A stretch of DNA of 64,000 nt from assembly GCA_965113315.1 (NCBI GenBank), contig OZ220364.1; one strand, 5' to 3'. This DNA is from Podarcis vaucheri. Taxonomy: Eukaryota. Below the pieces are notes generated by a model. That model worked only from the letters and a program-made list of their open reading frames with translations. It ran no database searches and was not told the DNA's origin. Every line of letters starts with the position of its first letter. The stretch's first letter is position 1. Positions 1 through 13,859 of this stretch are shown here, piece after piece. Both the position numbers and the translations under genes were made by a program.

Positions 1-1611
1 AGCTATCTCCTGGCACACAGGGCGGCTGTGTATAGGCCTCACTGTTTCCATCTAAAGCACAAGATGGTACAGGAAGTGAACATTCCTCAAATGAAGGATT
101 CCTGCAGAACACACCCCGTGTGTCAATAGGAGCTCTTCTGTGCTCAATTTCATCAATTTGTCCCGGATTTGCTAGCTGTTTCCACCCACGTGCCACTTGG
201 GATGTGCATTCTGGAAGCGATGCATACTGCACAGCCAAGGACATGCAAAAACTCTTGCCAGAAGTGTACCGCCCTTTCTTCCAAAGAGGGCTTTCTTTCC
301 CCCACACTTCACAAATAACTGGGAGGCTTTTCTCTGCCACGATTAGAAGAGTGTACCAGATGAGATTGTGACCATGCAAGATTAGTCAAAGAGTGCAAAC
401 TTCCTGTTAAATGCAGGGTTTCAGGGTTGCTATCTGCACCGCCAAAGCTAACTCAGTGCTTCACCAAGAAACCGAGCCAGACACAAGCCACTTTTTGCAC
501 CAGCTCATCTGTCGTTTCATCCATTCCCCTTCACTTTCTAGGGCTCGGTACAGGCAGCCCGGAAAGGGAATCTCGTCCATTCTAGGAAATGCGAGTTTCA
601 AATTCACTGAAATCAACTGCATTGAACTGGAACTCAAATCAATCATGAAATGGGCTGCCAAAAAGATGAAACAGTGTTAGTGCTAAAGAGGTGGTCTCGC
701 TTTTGCTGAGGCTGCCTAATGTTGAGAGCAGCGTTTCCATGTTATGGCCGACAAGCCAATGAAGCAGTTTGTTCCATACATAAACACCCACCCTATACTC
801 TGGTCATAGGAACCAGGTCATGTGCGTAACCGACCTTTGCAACAATGGTGTACAGAACTGTACACTGAGACCAGCCCTTTATGAATTAACATGTTGGCAC
901 CAGGGAGCAAGACACAGTCCTACAACCTAGTGCCTTGCACAGGTGTTGACTTCCAAAGCAGGGTTTGAAATTTGCCGTAATAATTTGGTACGGTAACGTC
1001 GCTGCCATTTGGAGCTCCACAGAATAAGAGATAAAACAAAAAATGGGCAAGCCTAGTCTTTTATTAGACAAACTCTTCATTGTCGTAAAGCAGGGGTGGG
1101 CAACATTTTTGAAGTAGAGGACCATAATCCCTTGGAGGAGGAGTTCCAGGACCACATACTGGTTGCGATCAGGCCTAAAGCAGATGCAAACACCACTTTT
1201 CTCTCTCTCCCTTTGAAGCCTGCCACCTTGCTTAAGAGAGTTGCCTGGGAATATATGCTCACAGACTCTTACTGCATTTAGGAGCCATAACAGATTAAAA
1301 TTAGATTGTTGGGTTCTTGGGTCATCACAAACCAGCTGGTAACCCTGTTAGATAGCTGGTTATATTATCTTAAGGCTGCACCTATCCTAGCCTGTTGGTT
1401 GTCTTATTATTATTAAAATTTTATATACTGCCATATACCCAGAGGTCTCACTGATCTACACTGACCGGTAGCAGTTTTCCAGAGTCTCAGGAAAAGGTTC
1501 TTCCTAGCTCAGCTTCTCAAGATCCTTTAATACAGAGATATCAGGATTGCAACTGGAACCTACAATATGAAGGTTCTGCTACTACAACTTCATTGTATAG
1601 CTATTGCTCCG

Positions 1612-1613
<2 letters not shown>

Positions 1614-1659
<46 letters not shown>
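1614..1659. repeat. (AAT)n microsatellite
   Basis: seen directly. Confidence 0.95.
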
Positions 1660-3903
1660 TTATCCTGAGCTTTGACAGTTACAATAATGCAAAAGCAATT
1701 GCGGATTTGAGGAATGCTCTCCAGGGGTGGGGTGGGGGTTGCTTGCCTGGAGCCTTCATTACATCTTTGGGCACCAGGTGAAAATGCTTCTCTTCAACCA
1801 GGCCATTGGCCAATTAACATTCTATGACCTTGTAAATGTGTTTGTGGGAGGGTTTGTGTGTGTGTGTTATTTGTCTGTTTCTGTTTCATTATGTACTTTG
1901 TGGATTTACGGCACTACAAGTCTCTCTGCCGCCTTCACGTTTGTCAAAGTATCCAAGCTGGAAGCAGGTTAATATTACACCATGCATGTATCAGGCATTT
2001 GTTGCCATATTGACCTTAAAGAGATAAGAGGTCCAGAGTGGGCTATGCTGAATTTTTACTGGACTAACCTGCCCAGAGCCCTGAGTGCAACTGTGTCAAA
2101 AACCTCAAAGAGGCATGTCAGGGATATAAAGTCCATAACTGTGTTGACTACCACAGCTGGGATCCAAAAAAAAAGTACACATGCACATGGAAAAGAAACC
2201 TGAAAATGCATGTGGGAAGCTGTGCTTGCTGTCTGTCAGGTGAGCAGAGATCATAGTTCTTGGGCTGTTACAGAAATCTGGCACCGAATGCTTCCCCCCC
2301 CCCCCCAAAAAAAAATCAGGTCAATGCCTGAAATGACTGTTTTTACTTTTAAAAACAGCAACTTTGACTTCATAACAGATATAGGTCTCTAAAGGAGAAT
2401 GAGCTAGTTCTGTATGGGACAAGAGAATGAAGTCAGTCCTCTCATGGCAACCAATTGCAAGGAAAAATGAGCATACTTTCCCTATGGAACGCTTAGCAAA
2501 TGGCTACTGGTATTCCCTGTGGCAAGCAAACAGGAGAGCAGCCGGGGTTCTGGGGGAAAGGCTATTCCCACTTCCCACGGAGAATCTCCATACTCAAAAA
2601 GGAAACTCTCATTCATCTGTGTGAAACAGTAGCTAAAGCCCTTTTCCGCGTGGCTACTTTGGGGGCACTTTAAAGCTGCGTGGACAAGCCCATAAGTGGG
2701 GGGGGGGGGGAAACTACCATGGACTAAGGATGGGGCAGGGACTGTGGTTTTCAAATACTTAAGAAGCTGCCTAGAAATGATCACCTAATTTACTCACAAT
2801 AAAAGCTTAGAATTACTTAAAGTAGGCTGAAATTGAGCATTGTTAAAAAGGTTTTCTATCCATTGTCAATGCTGCAATATGGATATGGTCATCAGTGCAA
2901 GACAAAATCCTTCCATCATTATAAAGGAAAATACTCAGGCTACCCTACATGAAACTGGGATCTTCCTAGTAAATGTAAACAATCCCCCGCCAACCCTACT
3001 GGTAACAGCAGTCAATCTAATTAACGCTCTGAAAATTACAATTTACCTATTTTGTATATGTGGTTGGAATTTAGTTAATTTAACTTGTAGAATCACAGCT
3101 GCTGCTGCTGCCGCACGTGCCGTTAATTATGGCACCTTTGCCCACCAAGAGAAAGGAAGCAGTCAAGGTAATTTAAAAAAAAAATCCACATAGTCCTGGA
3201 TTTAAGAAGAGAGAAAGAACTCCAGCTAGTACCATTAAGGGCAACTTTGAAACCCTGCTTTAGGAAAGGCTCAGAATCAAGAGTGTGTCTCAGCTTTAAC
3301 AACCAGTATCCAAAGCCACAAAACCCCAAGTGCGTCTACAACTAGATTATTCTCAAAACAAGCAGGGGGGGCGGGGGAGGGGGGCAATGGGCAGCCAATC
3401 AAAGCCTTGCTCCAAGGCACAAAATTAAGGGGTGAGGGGAAGGGGGCAATGACTTACTATAGGTGCCAGTGACTGTGGAAGGGCATTTGGGGCTGTGGGA
3501 CTTTAGGTCTGGAGGGATCTTTGGAGCAGCTGAACAAGACAAAAACACATACAGTTTAGAGGTAAGAGGGAAGCAGCTCAGGAACCAGGAGGACGCCCTG
3601 AAGAGTTGACGCAACGCCAGCATGCTGGCACGGCACTGTGCAGTTGGGCTGCACTCCATTAGTACAAAATTGGCCCTGGCCAGGCAGCCCAGCACATCTC
3701 TCCTCTCTGTTCCATTGCTGACTTTAGACACAATTAATCTGCTGCATGCTCAGAGTCACGACTCCCCTGTCCTGGTTGCTCACAGGGACAGCCTCTGTAC
3801 TGCTGGCATGGCAAAAGGGCAGAAGCCCACCTCAGTATCAGAAGGACTCAATGGACCAGATACAATTCCCCTCCTTTCCAGGCACTGTACAGATTCTGGG
3901 CTA

Positions 3904-4350
<447 letters not shown>

Positions 4351-4759
4351 TTAATTCAGAGGAGGAGGTAAGCAGTTAGGGCATGCCAGACGTTTGACCT
4401 CTGGTTACACCAGAGGTTTCGTCTGGTATGAAAAGTGTGTCTTGCTAAATCCCATGTTTTTATTTGTTGCATTCCAGCAAGTTTAGGATTTGGAGATGTC
4501 AGTGGTTGCACTCATGACTTTAAAGAAAGGGATTGGAGCTGCATTTCCTCAGGGGCTGTATGACAGCAGAGAGTCGCCCCAGAGCCAAAAGTGAATGGGG
4601 GAACCCCCTTTTTTCTGTCTCTCTATCACTGCCAGCCCATGGGCTGTTAGAGAAAGCCCCTCAACTCTCCTCTGCCAGCCTGCAGCCAGGGGTTTTTGTT
4701 GTTGTTTTTTTTTTGGGGGGGGGGAGCCAAAAAGCTAGAAACTTATGTAGATTTAGTTA

Positions 4760-5002
<243 letters not shown>

Positions 5003-5141
5003 CTATTGAGATTTCTAGACAAGACCTCCTCTGCACAGACTCAAACGCAATCAGCTCCACACAGAAAAGTCCAGACTGCACTAACAAGGCATCACCCCTA
5101 CTGCATACTACTAAAACTCACTTACCACCCCTAGGACTCAC

Positions 5142-5341
5142 CAGAACAACAACGTCCACACCAGCTTGCACTAGTAAGTCGAGACGGTATTTGTCATCTT
5201 CATGGGTCCCAATGGCAGCCCCACAGAGCAGCTGCTTCTTGGCATCTTTTGACGCAAGCGGGTAGTCCCGATTCTTCTTCAGATCCGTGCGTGCAATTAT
5301 GGCCACCAACTCCCCCTTCTCGTTAACGATGGGCAGTTTTC
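5142..5341 (-). CDS. IMPDH2: IMPDH2 exon 7 ([27 protein letters not shown]...VDVVVL)
   Basis: 200 nt, overlaps ORF 5118..5309; GT-AG. Confidence 0.97.
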
Positions 5342-5970
5342 CTGGAATGCCAAAAGTTATCTATGAGTTACAATTTTAGCTCTTCCTGAAGGTTTTTCAT
5401 CTGCTTTTGTTTTTCATTCTCTTTGATTTTTCAGCGGCAAAAAAATAACGATCAGAGTAAACTGGAGCAATAGATAAATACAAAACCTGAAGTCCACAAG
5501 CCCATTAATCAGTCTGCGTTGTCAGGCACCTATTCACAAAATATTCAAATTGACCAAAATACAGAGAAAGGAAAGGGAAAATGCTGCCCCTTATTGAGAA
5601 TCCAAGCCGGAAGAGGTAATGACTTAAACAAGGCACTTGAACAAGTCCACTGTGGAATAAGGGTTTAAGCCTGGAAGCTGCAGCTTCTGTACAACTAACT
5701 ACACTGACGTTTTGATCTCCCTCCACAAGGGGCAAGACAATTCTTTGAACCTTTGATCTTCTCCACTCAAAGCAAACTGGGCTTAGCTCAAGGTACTTGG
5801 AGGCACCCCTGGGTCACATTATAAGCCTTTGCTCAAGACGCTGGTAAAATTCATGGAAAGTAATTGTGCCATTACTTGTAATTTGTGCACATCAAATTAT
5901 GAGGTTAAAACGTGGGATGAGCCACATGTCCACTGATTTAGCATAGTATGCACGGAATACCACACATCTA

Positions 5971-6069
<99 letters not shown>

Positions 6070-7353
6070 CTAGGGAAAACCAAAGAGCAAAGTAAAGATG
6101 CTGTCCTCTGCGCCTGGGCCAAACTGAGCCGTTCTGAGTAGCAGATGGGGTCTCAAGGAACGAAGAGAGCTGCAGGAGAGTCTCAAACAGCAGCAGAATT
6201 TTTATTTTGTTCACAGTTAAAGGAGAGTTGACAGCATTTTGATCAGACTAGGCAAAAATTGCCAGAGGGAGAAGGGCAGTGGTACTTGAGAACATCATAG
6301 TGCATGTCAGAAATATTATTTATTATTGTTTAAAGCATTTGTATGCCATGCAGTTAAACGTGTTCTCTGGGCAGCTTACAACAAGAAAGCATTTAAATAC
6401 GGTAACAACCAACCACCTAAAAGCAACGTAATGTCAGTGGCAGCAAATAAAAATGTGTTGTTGTTTTTTACTAACCAGTTTTATTGCTATGTTATTAAAG
6501 CTTGCCCTGGTATTATAGTAGCAGTGTGTTTTTATGCTGTGCCCTGCCTTGTTGTATTTTCCATGAAAGTGTGGTTTATAAATATTTAAATAAAGTAAAT
6601 CACGCAATCCTCCAACTGCAGTCTGAAAACAACCCACAAACATTTGCAACCTCAGTGGCTCATGTACCCTACGTTTAAAGTATGAGCGGTTGAGCTATCT
6701 GCCATTAAGACTCAACAATTATTTTCTAGGCTTAATTGTATTCGTCATCCCAAGTCAAGTCCAGTCCTCAAACTACTTCCTATCAACTTCCACACATGAC
6801 TCTTCCAGAGTAAGAAATCTGAGAAGAGTGGCCTTAAAGTGTCTCACCCAGACAGGAGCAGCAGAAAACAAAAGCTTCCGGCCTTGCTCAGTACCTCTCC
6901 CCCTCCCTGAAGTTCACATCTCTCCAGAGCTCTTTTCAAAGCATGTCACTCGCAACTCCCACTTGAGGGTAATCAGAGATGATTTAAGGCCGCTCTTGGG
7001 CAGCGTGCACACTGCTGGTGGTGTCAGCACAGCCTAAAGATAGCGCAGGAGAGCAGAACGGGCTCCAAGGCACTGCGGAACATTGCACTGCAGAAATCCG
7101 ATGCCCAGCTATACAGCGGTTACACTAATGCTAGCTCCAGAAGGCTTTCATTATGCAATGCGAGGGGAAATGAGCCAAGCGAACAGGAAAAGTTGCAAAA
7201 AAACCCAACCTGTGCTATGCACTAGTGCTCCAAGACATTAAACATAATTCCTTTGGCCAGTGCAAAAATAAAAATAATGCTAGAGGTCCACACACTACCC
7301 CAGCACAAGTTCTAGCCCTGCTTGCTGATCCCAGAAGAAATAACCCCACTGAC

Positions 7354-7560
7354 CTCGCTGAGAGGCAGGTCCTGCTCTTCTTCCTTCAAAAAGTCGATGT
7401 CTCGGGATGAAATAATCCCCACGAGTCGGCTGCCCATCTTCCCATTATCTGTTATAGGGATGCCGCAGAACCCATGGCGGGCTTTCGCTTCGAAAACATC
7501 TCGCACGCGATCTTTGGGGCTCAGCACTACTGGGTCTGTGATAAATCCTTGTTCATATTT
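7354..7560 (-). CDS. IMPDH2: IMPDH2 exon 5, CBS/Bateman domain ([10 protein letters not shown]...DLPLSE)
   Basis: 207 nt within ORF 7312..7569; GT-AG. Confidence 0.97.
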
Positions 7561-8260
7561 CTGGGGCAAGACACAAATTCAGAAGGAGAATTTTGAGCCG
7601 CATACAAAATAGTTACATAAAGATATGCATTGGGGGAAGCAGATGTCTGCGGAGCCAGACAGGACTCTCCTGGGGAATGGCCATCAGTAACTGCAGCATT
7701 GTAGTGTGTGGCTTTCAAATATGGTTAGGGGCTCATCCAGACAGCTGCAAGTACAGAAATAAAGAATAAGACAGGTAGCCTGCTATGCCCAGTTCATCCG
7801 AATTACAGGGATCCAGGAGACCAAAGCATCTTGCCTGAATGTACTGAGGGCATCAACAGCTACTATGGGTTAATGCCAAAACACCAGTCAGATCTTTCTG
7901 TATACCTCAAATGCAACAGGACCATCTTTTAAGAGTCCAGCAGCCAAGATTCTTAGCGAACAAACAGCACACATTTCAAAGCATGGCTACAAAGTGAACT
8001 CTGTTACACATCAATCACCATGAATGTCGGCGCAAATGCAGCTATTAACTTAATTAGAACCAAGGGAGGTGACGGGGACTTGTACACAAGAGGGGAGAGG
8101 GCACGTAATCATGCAGCCATACATTTGTGGTAAAGGCACAGGTGAGTAAACTATGTCTACAGCAGAATACCCACCTCACAAAGCAGTGCTGGGCAATAGC
8201 CAAACCTGTTATCAAACCCTTCTCCCCAGGGACGTTTATATACACAGAAGTTGGTTTTAC

Positions 8261-8335
8261 CTTAACTTTCCGTACTTCGTTGGCCTGGAATTCTGGGGTA
8301 CAATTATGATGAATGAATCCAATTCCACCTGTGAG
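8261..8335 (-). CDS. IMPDH2: IMPDH2 exon 4 ([25 protein letters not shown])
   Basis: 75 nt, [13 protein letters not shown] motif. Confidence 0.97.
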
Positions 8336-8379
8336 CTGAGAAGATATAGAAAGAAGTTTAAGTTGGAACAGAAATAATA

Positions 8380-8842
8380 CAGTGGTACAGTAGTACCTCG
8401 GGTTAAGAACTTAATTCATTCTGGAGGACTGTTCTTAACCTGAAACTGTTCTTAACCTGAGGTACCACTTTAGCTAATGGGGCCTCCTGCTGCTGGTGCA
8501 CAATTTCTCTTCTCATCCAAAGTTCTTAACCCGAGGTAATATTTCTGGGTTAGTGGAGTCTGTAACCTGAAGCATATGTAACCTGAAGCGTATGTAACCC
8601 GAGGTACCACTGTACCTTGGTTTAAGAACAGCTTAGTTTATGAACAACTTGGATTAAGAACGCTGCAACCCTGGAAGCAGGTGTTTTGGTTTATGAACTT
8701 TGCCTTGGAAGCAGAACATGTTCCACTTCCTGTTGAGTGTGTTCCATTTGTAAATTGAGTCCCCCGCTGCTATGGGAAAGCACGCTTTGGTTTAAGAACG
8801 GACTTCCAGAATGGATTAAGTTTGTAAACCAAGGTATCACTG
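8380..8842. mobile_element. Tc1/pogo (Tigger-like) MITE with a second MITE (8388-8612) nested in its left TIR
   Basis: CAGTGGTACC-type TIRs; TA duplications for both elements. Confidence 0.85.
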
Positions 8843-9238
8843 TACTTCTTTGCTGCCTTTGACCAAGGGCAGAGAGAAGGTTAGCAGGCATGGCCCACCA
8901 GCCAAACTGTTGTTGTTGGGTAGCATAAGGCTCTGCATTAAAAAACAAAACACACAACCCAGCTAAGAACTAAGAATTTTAAATACTGTAGGCGATAAGC
9001 ATAAAAGTAGAATTGGAAGGGACTACTACTTCTCTGGCTAATATTAAAAAAACGATTACAGACATTGCCATATGTTTTTAACAGTACAATGCCAGGCACG
9101 TTTAATAAGAAGTAAGCCTTACTGTGTGGAACAGGCCTCACTCCTAAGCATGTGTGTTTAGGACTGCAGATGAAAAGATTTGAGGAAAAATACTCTTGAT
9201 GCCCCACAGGGATTTACCAAGATACCAAGTAGTATTTT

Positions 9239-9270
<32 letters not shown>

Positions 9271-9286
9271 GCCGCACTCTAAACTA

Positions 9287-9469
<183 letters not shown>

Positions 9470-9683
9470 TTATTTGCGATCTTTTCAAGCACCATTGTCA
9501 TCGTACCTTCACACACTTAGTGACCCATCAGAACTAAAACTGCAGAACTAACACTGCAGATTCCAAAAAGCTTAGTGAGTAGTATAAAAAGAGACAAACA
9601 GAAAGGAATCTCCTACAGTGCAGAAAGCACTTGCTTCATGACAGGGATTTTATATATTATACAAACTTTAGTCTCATACTCAC

Positions 9684-9732
9684 CACTTGGTCTGCAGTAA
9701 AGTCTATATAGCCAGGGAGTATAAGGAAATCA
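9684..9732 (-). CDS. IMPDH2: IMPDH2 exon 2 (DFLILPGYIDFTADQV)
   Basis: 49 nt, cag| ... |gtgagt, in frame with exon 1. Confidence 0.96.
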
Positions 9733-11333
9733 CTGAATAACAAAGGAAAGAAGAAAAAATGTTATTTTTGGAAGCCTAATACAGAACTTTTAACAAGTAA
9801 AAGGCTTTATAATGTAATTTGTGGTTCGCCGCAGCATGTTGCTGAGATAATGACCGTACCTGTGTGTGGGGTTTTCAACTAAGTTCTATTCAGAGCAAAC
9901 CCACTGAAATTAATGGAACTAACTTAGTCATGATCATTAGTTTCAGTGGGTCTACTATTGAGAAAAATTCAGTTGAATACCACCTGGGGAACCTCCTGAA
10001 GTTCTGTGATTGGAACCCCCAACAAAATTTCCTCCTTTAAGAAACAGTGCCTACAAGGGGAAGATTTGGATCAGGAACATGGCCCAGGTAAGCGAAAGGG
10101 TTTTAAAAGTGTAGGAAACATTTGGGCCTCCCAGTGTTGATGAACTACATCTCCCATCACCCAAGAACATTGACAATGCTTGCCAGGGCTGATGGGAGTT
10201 GTAGTTCAGCAACTGATATGGAGAGCCAAAGGTCCTTTACCCTCAAGGCAATTCCTCAAATCTCTCCCAAGCTACTTTTAAATTTGTAGGAGAAAATATA
10301 CAGTCACGATTTTAGTGTTCATATGGTTTCCCTTCCACATCTAACAGCACTCTTGGGAGGTTAAGGAGTTTGAATCAGGGCTTTGGTGCAGAGGGGAAAC
10401 ATCAGACTGCCCTTGCTCCTGTACCCCAACCTCACTGGCTTCATTTTTCAGAGGGAAATCAAGTGGAAAGTTCTAGTCATACAACTTCACATAATACACG
10501 CCTCTGGGATGGCTATGAGTGGGCAGAGGTAAAGTGGTTTGATTGCACCAATTGCCTTCTGCTTACTGCTTCTCCCAACCAAGCCTATGACCTCGTTATT
10601 TACTGTTTGAGAGAGGGTCTTGTAGCTCAGCAAAATGTTTCTGATTCACTGCCAGGAACAGAATATTGGGTTGCCGTGATGGGCAAAATGTCTTGCTAGA
10701 GACCCTGGAAGAGCTGATACCACAGAGAGTAAATAAAACTGAACCAGACAGACCAGAGGTCTGACAATGTAAGATATGCAATGCAAAGATTCCCAAATCA
10801 AAAGAGGAATCTTCCACGAAAATTTGAATCTTTGGCATCTCCCGAGTTTTAGAAGTTAGAACAACCCCCACCACATGCATGCCCAGCTGTATTTAGCTCC
10901 CCCCCACAAAAAGTCTCCAAGAAAACAAAGTTTTGAAACTCCCGAGCAAAATGTTCTACAGGAAAAAGTTAGCTGATGTTTAACGAATGCCATGTCCCCA
11001 ACTTGGAAACCTTCCAGGAGACCTGTGAAGACCTTCCTATTGCATTGACTACCTCTCTACCAGCAGCTATTAAGTCATGGAAATCTAAAGGGAATTTCCA
11101 CATACCAGGGGCATCATACGGGAGTGCTGCTGGCACCACTTGCCAGAAGCAACTGAAAGAAACAATGCTGTTGCCCTCATGCCTTGTTTGTAAGCCCCAC
11201 AAAAGCTTACTGCTGTTGGAAACAGAATGCTGGATGAGATGGGACTCTTGGTCCGATCCTGAAACATGATTCTTATGTCCCAATGTTGGTGGACCCGAGA
11301 CACAGTTTAAAGGCATTGGTATATGTGTGCATT

Positions 11334-11680
11334 AGGTAAAGGGACCCCTGACCATTAGGTCCGGTCATGACCGACTCTGGGGCTGAGGTGCTCATCTCGC
11401 TTTATTGGCCGAGGGAGCCGGTGTACAGCTTCCGGGTCATGTGGCCAGCATGACTAAGCTGCTTCTGGCGAACCAGAGCAGTGCACGGAAACGCCATTTA
11501 CCTTCCTGCCAGAGCGGTACCTATTTATCTACTTGCACTTTGACGTGCTTTCGAACTGCTAGGTTGGCAGGAGCAAGGACCGAGCAACGGGAGCTCACCC
11601 TGTCTTGGGGATTCGAACCACGACCTTCTGATTAGCAAGTCCTAGGCTCTGTGGTTTAACCCACAGCGCCACCCGCGTCC
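11334..11680 (-). mobile_element. Sauria SINE (Squam1-like), full length
   Basis: tRNA-like head GGACGCGGGTGGCGCTGTGG, BovB-like (ACCTTT) tail, TSD TGTGTGCATTAG; near-identical to copies at 21.4, 30.3 and 55.8 kb. Confidence 0.9.
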
Positions 11681-11737
11681 TATGTGTGTGCATTAGCTTG
11701 TACTATTTTTCCAGGAAGCAATTGCCTTTTAGGAAAT

Positions 11738-12075
11738 GGGAAGAGCCATAAGCTCAGTAGCAGAACATCTGATTTGCACACAGAAGGACTCTGGTTCAAG
11801 GGCTGGGAGAGAGACCCTAGTCTGAAATGCTGAAGAAATGCTGCCAGTCAGTGTATACTGAGCTAGATGGACCAGTGGTCTGATTTGGTATCAGGCAGCT
11901 TCCTTATGATCCCTAGCTTTGGCGAAGGGCTGTAGGCTCAGTGGTAGAGCATCCGACTTGCATGCCAAATGTCCCAGATTCAATCCCTAGTGTCTCCCAA
12001 GTTACAGAAAGACTCCTAACTGCAACCAGGGAGAGCCACTGATAGTGTTGGCAATGCTGGCCTAGATAGTACAAG
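11738..12075 (+). mobile_element. Two tandem tRNA-derived SINEs (Squam3-like): 11738-11914 and 11921-12075
   Basis: AGCTCAGT(A/G)G heads; TACTGAGCTAGATGGACCA body shared with the copy at 63.5 kb. Confidence 0.7.
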
Positions 12076-13049
12076 GCAGAACCACCCACTCGCAGCACCT
12101 CAGTCTTGCCAAAATTCAGAATGAGTTTGTTTATCCTCGTCCTTTATAGCATACTTCACTGGGTAGAAGGTGACTGCTCATGTTCTTCCTTTTTTTAAAA
12201 AAAGCTGCTTCTCCAACTGCAAAGTTTGCTTCCAAACAGAAATAATTTATTTATAGATTGCTGTTCTCTAAAAGGGGAGGGGTGAGGGGTTGTGGCTGCT
12301 AAAAAGAGGGTCAGCTTTCTCGTGCAGGAATTATTTCCAAGTAAGTTTCTCAGAGGGTTCATATTGCACATCTAGTTAGGGAGGAACTCGTGAAGGCTGT
12401 GTGCAACCACAGATCATCTGGCATCACGTGAGTCTCCAGATGGATAGGAAGAGACTAAGCGGTGGAAGAGACAGAAAAATGGAAATAAAAACCTCCTCTC
12501 GCCAAAAACTCACAGTATACAACTCTAACAAGATAGCAACTTTATACTGCCGATTCATGTTCTTAAGAGGTTGGATCAGGGGTGCATTCTATGCTGCTCA
12601 CGGCTTTCTTCTTATAGAAGGATTATGACTAAATACGCTCAGACTTGTCATATAGACCAGCAGGTGGTTTAGGAACATAAACCGATACACAAGTGTAATC
12701 AGAGAAACTGTTACATGATATTCTGGCTCCATGGTCTCTCGCAAGGGCTGGGATCATCTGCGCAGTTACTAGATAAAAAACACAAAAGGTCTTGCTGGGT
12801 GCGGGATTCAACAGACCCTGAGGAGGACTGACTATTCTGTGGAATTATGTCAAAGGTGAAGTTTAAGAAAAGCAAGGGCCAAGGAGGGGAGCAAGAGGAG
12901 AGATCCGCTAAGCAGAAAGGATTCCTCAAACATGAGCTTTCAGGGAACATCTTGCACAGGAAGAGGGATACTTGGCAACAGTTCTACTTATACAGTACTA
13001 GCCAACAGGCACATTCCTCTCACCCAATGAAGAACTGAGGTGATCTCAT

Positions 13050-13195
13050 ATAGAATCAAAGAACTGTAGAATCGGAAGGGACCACACGGGTCATCTAGGC
13101 CAACCCCCTGTGATACAGGAATCCTTCATCCAACATGGGGCTTGAACCCACAACCCTGAGATTGAGAATCTCATGGTCTACCGACTGTGCTACCT
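13050..13195 (-). mobile_element. SINE with tRNA-Lys-like head and CR1-derived tail
   Basis: minus strand TAGCACAGTCGGTAGACCATGAGA...GGTTCAAGCCCC, then CR1-like 3' end (GATTCTAT). Confidence 0.65.
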
Positions 13196-13653
13196 GCACT
13201 ACAACGCAAAAAGGAATCTACTCCACGAGATTTTTCTGGAAGTTCTACAGCAGGGGAGAAACAAGGTCTGCATGTTCAGGCCGAGGGTTTTGCCTCTCAG
13301 GGCACTCTCTCTCTCTCTGAAGTTGCAGGCCGAGAGTCCCTGCTTCTCCATAGGGAGCAATGGGCAGAAGGACATTCGCCCCTACTACTGGAACTAGCAT
13401 CGCCCTCGGCTTCAAAACAGACAAAAGTGTGGGGGTGGGGAGAGAGAGGAAGGGGGGGATCTCCTAGGGGCTCGGGTAAATCCTTTTTCAAAGACCCAGA
13501 GGAACCCCCTGGGGTGAAAGGTTAATTCGAGCATTCATGTTTAGGGATGCTTTTACTGTTTGATGTATTACAATATTTTAATATTTTTTTTCTGGAAGCC
13601 GCCCAGAGTGGCTGGGGAAACCCAGCCAGATGGGCAGGGTATAAGTAATAAAA

Positions 13654-13700
<47 letters not shown>

Positions 13701-13859
13701 GAGCAACCCCAGCCCCACTTTCCTTCACCCCGTGCCAAAGCCATCATTATAACCTTCACTTTCCTCGGGCTATGATAGCATGTCGCGGGTGCAATACACA
13801 CACACACCCCAAATTCCGCGTGCCCCCCAGCATGAAAAGAAAAAAGAACTACTTGTGGC

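Noticed and set aside
1727-1972. Hydrophobic 81-aa ORF suggesting a membrane protein
   Set aside because: Hydrophobicity comes from a GT/T-rich tract; non-ATG start and no motif
11405-11635. Recurrent 74-93 aa ORF (also 21440-21664 and 55874-56155)
   Set aside because: Antisense frame of Sauria SINE copies
13130-13195. tRNA-Lys gene
   Set aside because: Degenerate stems and fused to a CR1-type tail, so it is a SINE head
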